Virus record (IMG/VR): IMGVR_UViG_3300024344_000003
Location: 3,711-67,710 of that record
Origin: a virus
Length of the DNA stretch: 64,000 nt
Reading direction: 5' to 3' (one strand)
Both the position numbers and the translations under genes were made by a program. Numbering within the stretch: the stretch's first letter is position 1; every line of letters starts with the position of its first letter. Below, in pieces: positions 40,088-48,695 of the stretch. The notes under the pieces were generated by a model. The model was given only the letters and a program-made list of their open reading frames with translations, made no database searches and was not told the origin of the DNA.

Positions 40088-40272
40088 ATGAACTATTTGA
40101 CTTATGTGTAGAAATACTAATATGGATTAGCAATGTATTCAATATAAGCTATCAAGAAGCTAATATATGGATATTTGTAATCATAGAACCTATAGTATTC
40201 TTTATAATGTGTATATATATTTATAAACTAAGAAATAAAATACACAAACTGAATACGAATAAAGTCAGATAA
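40084..40272 (+). CDS. Small membrane protein
   Basis: 62 aa with hydrophobic helices; ATGA overlap. Confidence 0.55.
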   Translation: MNELFDLCVEILIWISNVFNISYQEANIWIFVIIEPIVFFIMCIYIYKLRNKIHKLNTNKVR

Positions 40273-40276
40273 TATA
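40243..40276 (+). promoter_or_regulatory. Early promoter-like motif, copy 4
   Basis: CACAAACTGAATACGA-N8-AGATAATATA. Confidence 0.75.
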
Positions 40277-40280
40277 ATAT

Positions 40281-40496
40281 ATGAAATGTAAATGTAAACC
40301 AAACAATATAATACCTCCGCAGCGGGTAGCCCTAGGGTATACCACTTGCGTCGAGTGTTCAACCACTGAACCATATGGTTGCGTAGCAATTACGTACCAT
40401 AAAACCGGCAACACTATACAGATTATGCCTAAAGCTCAGGCGAAACGTATACGTAAGCTATCCGCGAGACGAGGTTATGGAACATGTTTAAGATAA
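40281..40496 (+). CDS. DksA/TraR-like C4 zinc-finger protein
   Basis: CKC...IPPQRVALGYTTCVEC resembles the IPxxR...CxxC signature. Confidence 0.45.
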   Translation: MKCKCKPNNIIPPQRVALGYTTCVECSTTEPYGCVAITYHKTGNTIQIMPKAQAKRIRKLSARRGYGTCLR

Positions 40497-40720
40497 ATGA
40501 TATGGCAACAATAAAACAAATGGATATAGTAGCAAAAGAAATATCCAAAGATATAATAGAAGAAATATATAAGCAATGTGATTGGCAAATCGGCCAGTTC
40601 TTACCAGAATCTAGTGAGGGCACCGAAATAAATGAAGCTCATAGTTATCTCATGAGACTGGTCGGCCGTCACATAGCTAATAAACTAGATGTAACAACTA
40701 ATAAATACTACGATGAGTGA
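40484..40720 (+). CDS. Early hypothetical protein
   Basis: 78 aa ORF (start uncertain). Confidence 0.55.
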   Translation: MFKINDMATIKQMDIVAKEISKDIIEEIYKQCDWQIGQFLPESSEGTEINEAHSYLMRLVGRHIANKLDVTTNKYYDE

Positions 40721-40970
40721 TTCAGTAAAAAAATACTTTGAGGATTTAAGCGAGCACGAACAAATGGCAAGAAAAAATGCTATACACAACGAGCTCGAAG
40801 TACGAAAATATTTATGGGTACTAGACTTTGAAATGGGTAGAGTATTCCTATATAATATCAGAAGAGAAGATCTACAACATGAAGATTATGAGGATTTACT
40901 AGTCCTAAAGGGACATAAGCCTACTAACTGTGAGTGGATGGTTGGTATATCTGATAGAATATATAGATAA
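40713..40970 (+). CDS. Early hypothetical protein
   Basis: 85 aa ORF overlapping the upstream stop. Confidence 0.6.
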   Translation: MSDSVKKYFEDLSEHEQMARKNAIHNELEVRKYLWVLDFEMGRVFLYNIRREDLQHEDYEDLLVLKGHKPTNCEWMVGISDRIYR

Positions 40971-41145
40971 AGCATTGATGCACTTCAAATTAAGAGTACA
41001 GAGTATATCTTAAATAGGAGTACAAAGCAGATGTAAGTCTTTATTTTGCGAAGTACGTTTCGAACCATTGAAAGAGTATGGGATGTGAACGTGAAGCACC
41101 CCTCGGTAACACAGTAGGCCTTGTGATGAAAACAAGAGGGGATTT

Positions 41146-41243
41146 GGGCGTGACTTGGAAAGTCAAGACAGTATCTCAACCGCGGCGTAAGCAAAGGTAG
41201 TAGACAGTATCTTGTAACGGGGGTTCGAATCCCTCCACGTCCA
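41146..41243 (+). ncRNA. tRNA/tmRNA-like RNA with alanine identity (98 nt)
   Basis: Acceptor GGGCGTG/CACGTCC with G3-U70, discriminator A, canonical T arm GGGGG-TTCGAAT-CCCTC; no canonical anticodon arm; CCA not encoded. Confidence 0.7.
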
Positions 41244-41246
41244 CAA

Positions 41247-41280
41247 CACAAATTAAATACGACAATAGTCGGATAATATA
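41247..41280 (+). promoter_or_regulatory. Early promoter-like motif, copy 5
   Basis: CACAAATTAAATACGA-N8-GGATAATATA. Confidence 0.75.
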
Positions 41281-41303
41281 ATAAACAATTAAATATAATA
41301 ACA

Positions 41304-41543
41304 ATGAGTAAACTTAAATCAATTTACGACTTGCTAAAACCTGATATTAAATCAGAGTTGCAAGCTAGTGCTAGAAAATACAGTAGTGCTAAACTACTTA
41401 AATACACTCTTATGTCTAAGATGACTTGGTCAGAGCTTACAATGAGAGAAGTATCAGAGCTATTAACCTATTCAAACCTTCAAAGCTACAAACTGTCAGC
41501 TTATGATTTCTTATATGGTGAGAATATAATAAACCAAGGATAA
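41304..41543 (+). CDS. Hypothetical protein
   Basis: 79 aa after promoter copy 5. Confidence 0.6.
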   Translation: MSKLKSIYDLLKPDIKSELQASARKYSSAKLLKYTLMSKMTWSELTMREVSELLTYSNLQSYKLSAYDFLYGENIINQG

Positions 41544-42007
41544 TGGAATTACTAACAGACGATATAATAAACGAAGCTCTTCAAACTGATGGTATCATGG
41601 AAGAACCAGATGCTAATTGGTTAATGGAGTATATAAATTCAGAGTATGGTGGTACACTAGATCATAATACTAGTTGGTGTGATAAAAAACATATGCTAAA
41701 AATATACAGTGAATCAACATATGACGGTTATGATATATGGTGGTGTACTCATGATGAGAGACCTTATGTATCACAAGATGGTTTTTACTATGAAGATTAT
41801 ACTGAATGGTCCTCAAGAGCTATTGATGAACTAACATCAGGTAGTGATGTATGGGTAGAACCTCATGTATGGGACGATATGGAATACGAGTTTAACCATG
41901 AATTAGAACAATGGTGGCAAGATGTATATGAAGATTTGTTTAACGATAAAAAAGATGAGTTATTAGACTCAGGCGATTACTATGAAGACGAAGAAAACAA
42001 ACAATAA
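41543..42007 (+). CDS. Acidic hypothetical protein
   Basis: 154 aa rich in Asp/Glu/Trp/Tyr. Confidence 0.65.
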   Translation: MELLTDDIINEALQTDGIMEEPDANWLMEYINSEYGGTLDHNTSWCDKKHMLKIYSESTYDGYDIWWCTHDERPYVSQDGFYYEDYTEWSSRAIDELTSGSDVWVEPHVWDDMEYEFNHELEQWWQDVYEDLFNDKKDELLDSGDYYEDEENKQ

Positions 42008-42284
42008 ACAAGAACAACCTAAATGGTTTAAAGGAGCTTGGTATAAAACAGGTGACATTGTAACTAATCCATTTAGCGGTGAGTTCTGTGAGTTAACAGG
42101 ACCAGAATTAAGTATGTATGATTTTATTAAAGGTGCTGAGTATACAATTGCTATACATCAGCAGCGAGAAGGCGACTTCTACATTCAAGATCCTGCAATA
42201 GTAAAATTACAAAAAGATATGATTAAAGCTTTAGACTGGTTCAGATCAGCGAACAGTTCAGCTTATATGACATTACTAGATTAA
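41982..42284 (+). CDS. Hypothetical protein
   Basis: 100 aa ORF, overlapping start. Confidence 0.6.
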   Translation: MKTKKTNNKQEQPKWFKGAWYKTGDIVTNPFSGEFCELTGPELSMYDFIKGAEYTIAIHQQREGDFYIQDPAIVKLQKDMIKALDWFRSANSSAYMTLLD

Positions 42285-42285
42285 T

Positions 42286-42600
42286 ATGACAAGTTTAGAA
42301 TTTAATGTGCTGGTAGATGAGTTAGACTCACACGCACAACAAACAATGAATAAGAAAGGTCCTGAATATACTACAGGAAACGAAGATGTATTAAATAACT
42401 TTAAATCTACGGCTAAAAAGTTAGGTGTAGATCCATTAGTTATTTGGTATGCTTATTTCGATAAGCAAGTAAGCTCAGTTGCTGCTCACGTAAGCAACGA
42501 AGACTTAAATAAAGCAGAACCTATGATTAGTAGGTTTGGAGATATTATTAACTATGCTAAGCTTGGCTTTGCATTATTCAGAGAAAGAGATGATGTGTAA
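42286..42600 (+). CDS. Nucleotide-modification-associated alpha-helical protein (DUF1599/NMAD1-like)
   Basis: KKGPEY...DVLNNF...K...E....RFGDIINY pattern of the all-alpha NTP-pyrophosphatase-like family. Confidence 0.45.
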   Translation: MTSLEFNVLVDELDSHAQQTMNKKGPEYTTGNEDVLNNFKSTAKKLGVDPLVIWYAYFDKQVSSVAAHVSNEDLNKAEPMISRFGDIINYAKLGFALFRERDDV

Positions 42601-42754
42601 AGATGTTATGGTGACTTTGTTATCTCTTATAGAAAAAGAGATGAAAAAAAGAATCGAACATTCATACTTTGAAGAAGAATCTGATAAATGGAGTAATTTT
42701 CATGGTCAACTTAGAAATATAAGATTAACTATAAAAAATGGCGGAATTAAATAA
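42536..42754 (+). CDS. Hypothetical protein (likely starts at an internal Met)
   Basis: Track ORF; its N-terminus overlaps the upstream gene. Confidence 0.4.
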   Translation: MEILLTMLSLALHYSEKEMMCKDVMVTLLSLIEKEMKKRIEHSYFEEESDKWSNFHGQLRNIRLTIKNGGIK

Positions 42755-42901
42755 CATAAATAAAATAATGGCTATATTAAAACTATGTCAAGAGTTTGAC
42801 GCAGCTGAAGGCAAACCATATGAACATTGTGTATGTAGTCGAGAATTAACAGATAAAATCCAGACAGTAATACTGGGAAACGATTATAAAAATAAAAAAT
42901 A

Positions 42902-43369
42902 ATGAGTACAAGAAATTTAACAATGGTCGTAGATAGACGACATGCAGAAGAATCTGAATTAGGATTTGCTGCACCACCATCAACCTTTAGTGACAAAAGC
43001 TATGTAAATATGTATTTACATCATGATGGTTATCCTGAATGGCAAGGTGTACAGTTAGCAAACTGGATACATGCTAATGGTAGACAAGATGGTAGTGCTA
43101 TGGCTGCAAAGCTAGTACATGATCATTACTATGACAGTTGCTATCTATACCCTAAACAAGGTAATATAGATCACCAATATACATATATCATATGGTCAGG
43201 TAAAGAAGATATATGGATTAGTTGTTGGGATAGATACTCAACCAAATGTGTATTTGTATTAAAACCAGAGAAGATTATATCTAAGTATATGGAAGATATG
43301 GAATACACTGATTTTGCTAATGGTAAAACAAGATTAATGAAAGCAGAAGACCCTAATTTCACAAACTAA
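42902..43369 (+). CDS. Conserved phage early protein (MSTR...YxHxDGYP family)
   Basis: MSTRNL...MYLHHDGYPEWQGVQL. Confidence 0.65.
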   Translation: MSTRNLTMVVDRRHAEESELGFAAPPSTFSDKSYVNMYLHHDGYPEWQGVQLANWIHANGRQDGSAMAAKLVHDHYYDSCYLYPKQGNIDHQYTYIIWSGKEDIWISCWDRYSTKCVFVLKPEKIISKYMEDMEYTDFANGKTRLMKAEDPNFTN

Positions 43370-43393
43370 ATACGAATGGATTTGGATAATATA
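43360..43393 (+). promoter_or_regulatory. Early promoter-like motif, copy 6
   Basis: CACAAACTAAATACGA-N8-GGATAATATA; upstream of the ligase block. Confidence 0.75.
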
Positions 43394-43705
43394 AATGATA
43401 AAACTATAGATTTGATAACTGACGCTGTTATCAAAAAAATGCTATACAAATTCAAGCAAGAGTACCATCAAATGTCTACACCTATGAGTGTGGCAGATTT
43501 AATGAAGGGTTTTATGCCTTTCAGAGAATCACCTGAAGAGTTCTTGCTAGCTGAAATGGCTAGGCTACACACGTTGTTAGCTTTATATGAAGGTAAAGAA
43601 GAATTTATGAAAGCAGCGATAATAAAACGAAGATTAGAAATTATACAAACAAAATTAGATAATATAGATGACACAGATGAAACCGATGCTGGCCCACAAA
43701 TTTGA
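43376..43705 (+). CDS. Hypothetical protein with UVR-like C-terminal helix pair
   Basis: EEFMKAAIIKRRL; the true start is probably downstream because the track start lies within promoter copy 6. Confidence 0.5.
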   Translation: MDLDNINDKTIDLITDAVIKKMLYKFKQEYHQMSTPMSVADLMKGFMPFRESPEEFLLAEMARLHTLLALYEGKEEFMKAAIIKRRLEIIQTKLDNIDDTDETDAGPQI

Positions 43706-44507
43706 TAATAATCGAGTTGACTGGTCAAAACCATTATACATACAACCAAAGCTTGACGGCGTTCGCTGTCTATTTACTAAAGATGGTGCGTTCTCACGTA
43801 CAGGTAAACAATTTAAAAATATAGCTCATATTGAGTTATCTTTAAAATCATTCTTTGATCAACAACCTGATGTAGTACTCGATGGCGAGTTATACAATCA
43901 TGATCTAAAAGATGACTTCGAAAAAATTATATCATTAGTTCGTAAGCAAAAACCTACCGATGATGACAGGTTAGATGCTAAAAATCTAACTCAGTTTCAT
44001 TGCTACGATTATTTCGATGGCGTGCAGTATAACAGCTACAAAACTCGTATGAATAATCTAGTAACTTCAGATATATATAGTTATTGTGTCAGATATGTTC
44101 CTGCAAAGCTTGTAGATAGCTACAATTATGCTAGAACATTACACAAACAATATCTTGATGAAGGTTACGAAGGCTCTATCATAAGGCTAGATGGCTTATA
44201 CAAACACGGTAGGTCTTACGACTTAATGAAATTCAAAGACTTCAGCGATACTGAAGCAACCATAATCGGTTATGAATTAGGTAAAGGTAAAAGGACAGGC
44301 ACGATCGGAAAGTTTCTGATGCAAGATGACGAAGGCGTACAGTTCGGTTGTCCACCGGGCAAAGGTTATACCTACAAGGACCTTGCAAATATGCTACTGA
44401 AAGTTGATGACTATATAGGTCAACGTGCTACCTTTACTTATTTTCAAAGAACAAAAGCAGGTTCGTACAGACACCCGCTATTTAAAACTATAAGAAACTA
44501 TGAGTAG
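43668..44507 (+). CDS. ATP-dependent DNA ligase
   Basis: QPKLDGVRC (KxDG), LDGELY, EGYEGSIIR, LMKFK motifs. Confidence 0.95.
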   Translation: MTQMKPMLAHKFDNNRVDWSKPLYIQPKLDGVRCLFTKDGAFSRTGKQFKNIAHIELSLKSFFDQQPDVVLDGELYNHDLKDDFEKIISLVRKQKPTDDDRLDAKNLTQFHCYDYFDGVQYNSYKTRMNNLVTSDIYSYCVRYVPAKLVDSYNYARTLHKQYLDEGYEGSIIRLDGLYKHGRSYDLMKFKDFSDTEATIIGYELGKGKRTGTIGKFLMQDDEGVQFGCPPGKGYTYKDLANMLLKVDDYIGQRATFTYFQRTKAGSYRHPLFKTIRNYE

Positions 44508-44636
44508 AAAATTTAAAAATGAAGTCTTGTGGAGAGTTACAGTAAATGTAAACGGCAAGCAAGAATATAGTATAAACGAAACTAATTATGATCAGTTATG
44601 CGATAAGCTAACTGATATTATGATACGAGAAACATT

Positions 44637-45176
44637 ATGAATATATTTTACTTAGATAAATGTCCTGACAAGGCAGCTAGACTACAATATAATAAACATG
44701 TAGTCAAGATGATACTTGAGTCAGCGCAAATGCTTTGTACAGCTCATCACCATTGGGCAGAAGAGGTTGGTTATAAGTCTGATTATATTCCTTATAAAAC
44801 GGCTCATTATAACCATCCATCAACAATATGGTGTAGACAAAATGTAAAACAATACTATTGGCTTTACAATCACATGATAGCATTAGGTGATGAATATAAT
44901 AAAAGATATAATAAAACTCATTTGACAATAACTAAATGTAAAGAGCCATTAGAGCTCTGTCCATTTGGTATGCCTGATGGTAAGTTTATACAACCGCCAC
45001 AGGCTATGCCTGATGAGTTTAAGCGTGATTGTGCTATACACGCGTACTGGTTATACTACGTGTATGACAAAAAACATATAGCGCATAACAAAGAACAATT
45101 ATATGATAGAAAATATATTAAAAATCATTTTGGTTACAGCGACGATTTATCATGCTACACCGGAGCAAACGGATAG
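44637..45176 (+). CDS. Pyrimidine dimer DNA glycosylase family protein
   Basis: MNIFYLD...KHVVKMILESAQMLCTAH...HYNHPSTIW...EYNKRYNKTH. Confidence 0.8.
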   Translation: MNIFYLDKCPDKAARLQYNKHVVKMILESAQMLCTAHHHWAEEVGYKSDYIPYKTAHYNHPSTIWCRQNVKQYYWLYNHMIALGDEYNKRYNKTHLTITKCKEPLELCPFGMPDGKFIQPPQAMPDEFKRDCAIHAYWLYYVYDKKHIAHNKEQLYDRKYIKNHFGYSDDLSCYTGANG

Positions 45177-45456
45177 TACTCCGAATATTACAGCTAGCAA
45201 TAAAAAGATAGATATGAATAATCCATTAAAACATAGATGGATAGCTGTATCACAAGATTTAGAAGCAGAAGGCTTGGTATTTGGCGTAAAAGTTAAAGTT
45301 ACCGGAGCCGGTAATCTTGACGGTATATGGACTGTTGAAGATAGAATGAATTCAAGATGGAAACATCGCATTGACTTTTTAGTCAATGATTCAATAAAGG
45401 GTGGAAAATGGGAAAACGTCAGAGTTGAAATAATCAACGATGACAATAGGCTATAA
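45103..45456 (+). CDS. 3D-domain / double-psi beta-barrel cell-wall protein
   Basis: TATIYH...TAS...RWIAVSQDL...VEDRMN...IDFL. Confidence 0.65.
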   Translation: MIENILKIILVTATIYHATPEQTDSTPNITASNKKIDMNNPLKHRWIAVSQDLEAEGLVFGVKVKVTGAGNLDGIWTVEDRMNSRWKHRIDFLVNDSIKGGKWENVRVEIINDDNRL

Positions 45457-45477
45457 GATATAATAAGTAATAGGCAA

Positions 45478-46092
45478 ATGTCACAAGATAGAAATTTAAA
45501 ATGGCTAAATGATAGACGCATCATATATAGGAAAGATCCTGATACTGATGTACCTACTATTGAAACCAAACAATATAGATACTATGAAGATGGTACGTAT
45601 CAATGTTATCACTTGTTTAATAGCAAGGCTAAGATAACTACATACAAATCATTGAAGTGGCACATGCTTGTATTAAAATATCTCAATGATGATTTACTTG
45701 ATTTAGAGTTTGCATCGATATGTCATTTTTTAGCTGATAAAGAAAATGGTTTTGTAACCTTTTTCATTAAAGATAAATTGCTACATGAAATGATAAAAGA
45801 TGTTATAAATCAAGGTGGTGATCCACCTGTTAACAAGCTACGTAAAGTAGTATTCAAACCGTACTCTGGGTTAGACTTGAGTGGTAAATTAAAAATTGTA
45901 GGTCAACTAATAGGTAGATCTAGCATTGATAGAGATATGATATATGACGCTATGCTTGAAATAATATCTCAAGCTGAAAAGATTACTATCAGTCGTATTG
46001 CTAAACGCTTAGGTTGTTCTACTAGAACCATACATAGACATATGTGTGATACTTTAAAACGAGAAAAACAAATATTAAATGAAGAAGTATAA
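45478..46092 (+). CDS. DNA-binding protein with C-terminal HTH
   Basis: KITISRIAKRLGCSTRTIHRHM. Confidence 0.6.
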   Translation: MSQDRNLKWLNDRRIIYRKDPDTDVPTIETKQYRYYEDGTYQCYHLFNSKAKITTYKSLKWHMLVLKYLNDDLLDLEFASICHFLADKENGFVTFFIKDKLLHEMIKDVINQGGDPPVNKLRKVVFKPYSGLDLSGKLKIVGQLIGRSSIDRDMIYDAMLEIISQAEKITISRIAKRLGCSTRTIHRHMCDTLKREKQILNEEV

Positions 46093-46861
46093 TATTAAAA
46101 ATTATATTAGGTGGAAGACTGACGTAGCCGATGCTATACATCGCGTACCGAAGCACCTAAAACAACAATGTGAAGCTGGTGATTTTACAGGTTTAAATAG
46201 AGACCAGACTATTACCATGTTTTTACCTCTTGTTGAAAATATTGCAAGAAAATTTTCCACATCACAACAAGCTTCAGGTGTTATGACTATTATGGACATA
46301 ATACAGGAAGGTAATGCTGGTTTAACCTTTGCAGTAGATAGGCTTGACAAAACTCTTTTAAGTGAGTCTGAAGATCAAGAGAAAACTATCAAATCATTTT
46401 TATCTAAAAGAATAAGAGGTGCGATACGTAGAGGCATTGACTCTAATAGAGGTGATATGCGTATACCTGAGCACAAGATGAACGAGATAAGGAGATCTTT
46501 TGGTAAAGATAAAAAGATGGTTGAAATGTTTTTTAACAGTATATTTTTAAGTATTGATAGTAAACCTAATAATGATGAGAATATGGTATATCAGATACCT
46601 GATAAATCAGAACCTTATAACATGGCTTTATTAAATGTATACTTAATGGGTTTACTAAAAAAGCATTTAAATGAAAGGGAGTATGAAGTATTAAGATTAA
46701 GCTATGGATTAGATTGTGATAAGCATTCTGCTAAAGAAATAGCTACAAAACTTAGTATACCCGGACAAAGCTCTTATGTAAGAGTTTCACAGTTAAAAAA
46801 GCAAGCTGTAGACAAATTGATAGACAATGTTGACTACACTCAAGTGCTTGATTATCTGTAA
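46079..46861 (+). CDS. Phage sigma70-family RNA polymerase sigma factor
   Basis: Region 2 (LPLVENIARKF, DIIQEGNAGL..AVD, IRGAIRRGI) and region 4 (LNEREYEVLRLSYGL...KEIA). Confidence 0.9.
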   Translation: MKKYNIKNYIRWKTDVADAIHRVPKHLKQQCEAGDFTGLNRDQTITMFLPLVENIARKFSTSQQASGVMTIMDIIQEGNAGLTFAVDRLDKTLLSESEDQEKTIKSFLSKRIRGAIRRGIDSNRGDMRIPEHKMNEIRRSFGKDKKMVEMFFNSIFLSIDSKPNNDENMVYQIPDKSEPYNMALLNVYLMGLLKKHLNEREYEVLRLSYGLDCDKHSAKEIATKLSIPGQSSYVRVSQLKKQAVDKLIDNVDYTQVLDYL

Positions 46862-46899
46862 GTTATAGAGTGAATAATCATTTAAATGGTGTTCGCTAA

Positions 46900-46911
46900 T
46901 GTGTAATTATA
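46900..46911 (+). promoter_or_regulatory. Candidate middle/late promoter element TGTGTAATTATA
   Basis: Similar TGTRAYWAT elements precede several minus-strand late genes. Confidence 0.35.
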
Positions 46912-46936
46912 TATATAGACTAAAATTAAATTAAAT

Positions 46937-47452
46937 ATGACTTTACAACAAAAGCTGGCTCAGATCCAGACTGAGTTTAAATCGAAGAAAAGTAGATTTA
47001 ACTCCTTCGGCAAATATAATTTCCGATCAGCCGAAGACATCTTAGAAGCAATCAAACCGTTTTTATTGAAGTATGGTGTTACAGTCACAGTTAATGAGAA
47101 ATTATTATCTGAAGGACCAACACCTATTATTGAAACAACTGCTGCTATACACGACGAAAAAGGTATGCGGCTAAAGGCGAAAGCTATCGTTGGAGTAGAT
47201 CTCATGCAGAAAGGTATGCAAACACCTCAGCAATTTGGTAGTGCATCTTCTTACGGTAAGAAATATGCTTTAGGAAATTTATTTTTAATAGATGATACTG
47301 CAGACAGTGATGCTACTAATACGCATGGTAAAGATAAACTACAGGATATTAAGAAGGCTGTAGATTATGTTAAATCAGGCGGTAAAATAGATGCAATCAA
47401 AGCTAAGTATCAGTTGACTCCACAACAGGAGAAGGAATTAACAACACTATAG
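46937..47452 (+). CDS. erf: ERF-family single-strand annealing protein
   Basis: FNSFGKYNFRSAEDILEAIKP...GSASSYGKKYALGNLFLIDD..DSD. Confidence 0.85.
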   Translation: MTLQQKLAQIQTEFKSKKSRFNSFGKYNFRSAEDILEAIKPFLLKYGVTVTVNEKLLSEGPTPIIETTAAIHDEKGMRLKAKAIVGVDLMQKGMQTPQQFGSASSYGKKYALGNLFLIDDTADSDATNTHGKDKLQDIKKAVDYVKSGGKIDAIKAKYQLTPQQEKELTTL

Positions 47453-47453
47453 A

Positions 47454-48185
47454 ATGAAGAAAGAAGAGATCCTTAAAAAGCTCCGTGATGATGAAAATTA
47501 TTATGGAGACTTTGGCAGGAAATACTTAAGCAACTCAGATATTAGTACATTACTAAAAAACCCTCTGGCATTCGGAGAACCTAGTAAGCCATCGGCTGCG
47601 TTTTTAGTAGGCGGATATTTTCATACAGCTATACTTGAGCCAGATAAGCTCAAGAAGTTTAAGATAATACAAGCTACAACTAGAAACACTAAGGTTTATA
47701 AAGAGATGTCAGGTGGTGAGTTGTGTTTATTACAACATGAAGTAGATCAAATAGAATTGATGAAAGATAAGATGATGAATAACAATGTTTGTAAAGGATT
47801 AATACAAGGCGAATGGGTAGATTATGAACAACCTGGTGTAGAAACACTAGATAAATATACATGGAAAGGAAAAGCTGATATTGTTAATCACGAAGAGAAA
47901 TTAGTAATTGATTTAAAGACAACTGCAGATATTGGAAAATTTAGAGGCAGTGCTTATAGATATAACTACGATTCTCAAGCTTACATATATAGAAAACTAT
48001 TTGGATATGATATGTTATTTATAGTAATAGACAAAACAACACACCAATTGGGTATATTTGATTGTTCACCTGAATTTTATGAATCAGGTAAAGACAAGGT
48101 CGAAAGAGCAGAACAAGCTTATGAGCTGTTCTTTAAAACCAAGGATTTTAATCCAAAACAATATTTCATAAGCAAAACACTTTAA
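47454..48185 (+). CDS. RecE/ExoVIII-like PD-(D/E)xK exonuclease
   Basis: YLSNSDI, WKGKAD, VIDLKTT, YDSQAYIY. Confidence 0.8.
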   Translation: MKKEEILKKLRDDENYYGDFGRKYLSNSDISTLLKNPLAFGEPSKPSAAFLVGGYFHTAILEPDKLKKFKIIQATTRNTKVYKEMSGGELCLLQHEVDQIELMKDKMMNNNVCKGLIQGEWVDYEQPGVETLDKYTWKGKADIVNHEEKLVIDLKTTADIGKFRGSAYRYNYDSQAYIYRKLFGYDMLFIVIDKTTHQLGIFDCSPEFYESGKDKVERAEQAYELFFKTKDFNPKQYFISKTL

Positions 48186-48195
48186 ATTTAATTAT

Positions 48196-48363
48196 ATGGC
48201 AAGAACAAGAAAAAGAACGTGTGATGTCACTGGCATGAACACAAGTGTAAATAACTTTTACACAAATCAATCGCATGTAAAAGCTGTTGATAATTTAAGA
48301 AGACTGACGGGTGCAACAAAAACTCAGATGTCTAGAATGTTTAACCAATTAAATACTTATTAA
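48196..48363 (+). CDS. Small hypothetical protein (55 aa)
   Basis: Hand-translated MARTRKRTCDVTG...; fills the gap before SSB. Confidence 0.55.
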   Translation: MARTRKRTCDVTGMNTSVNNFYTNQSHVKAVDNLRRLTGATKTQMSRMFNQLNTY

Positions 48364-48365
48364 TT

Positions 48366-48686
48366 ATGGCGAGTATAATAGCAACAAGTATTAACCTTCA
48401 AGAAATACCTAAAGATAAAATTATCGAAGGTAAGAAAGGTAAATACCTACCTATTACAATTACTATTAATGATGAAGTAGATCAGTTTGGCAATCAAGGT
48501 CCTGTGGTCGTTCAACAAACGAAAGAGGAAAGAGAAGCTAAAACTGCTAAAACTTATCTTGGTAATGTTAAGGTAGTATGGACCAACGGTGACAACGTAG
48601 CCGTAGCTCCAAGACAAGATCAGCCAGCGCAGGTAGCTCAAGCAGCTCCAGCAGCGGCAGCAGTAAAAGAAGACTTACCGTTTTAA
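48366..48686 (+). CDS. Single-stranded DNA-binding protein
   Basis: Beta-rich core, Ala/Gln linker and C-terminal EDLPF tail as in bacterial SSB. Confidence 0.7.
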   Translation: MASIIATSINLQEIPKDKIIEGKKGKYLPITITINDEVDQFGNQGPVVVQQTKEEREAKTAKTYLGNVKVVWTNGDNVAVAPRQDQPAQVAQAAPAAAAVKEDLPF

Positions 48687-48695
48687 ATATTATAG

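Noticed and set aside
41118-41137. Hammerhead ribozyme suggested by TGATGA...GAAA-like text
   Set aside because: No CUGANGA core with three surrounding stems could be built
40985-41251. 88-aa minus-strand ORF, or a full-length or permuted tmRNA
   Set aside because: The ORF is antisense to the structured RNA in a plus-strand region. The acceptor halves are only 98 nt apart and in normal order, so there is no tag-coding domain and no permutation.
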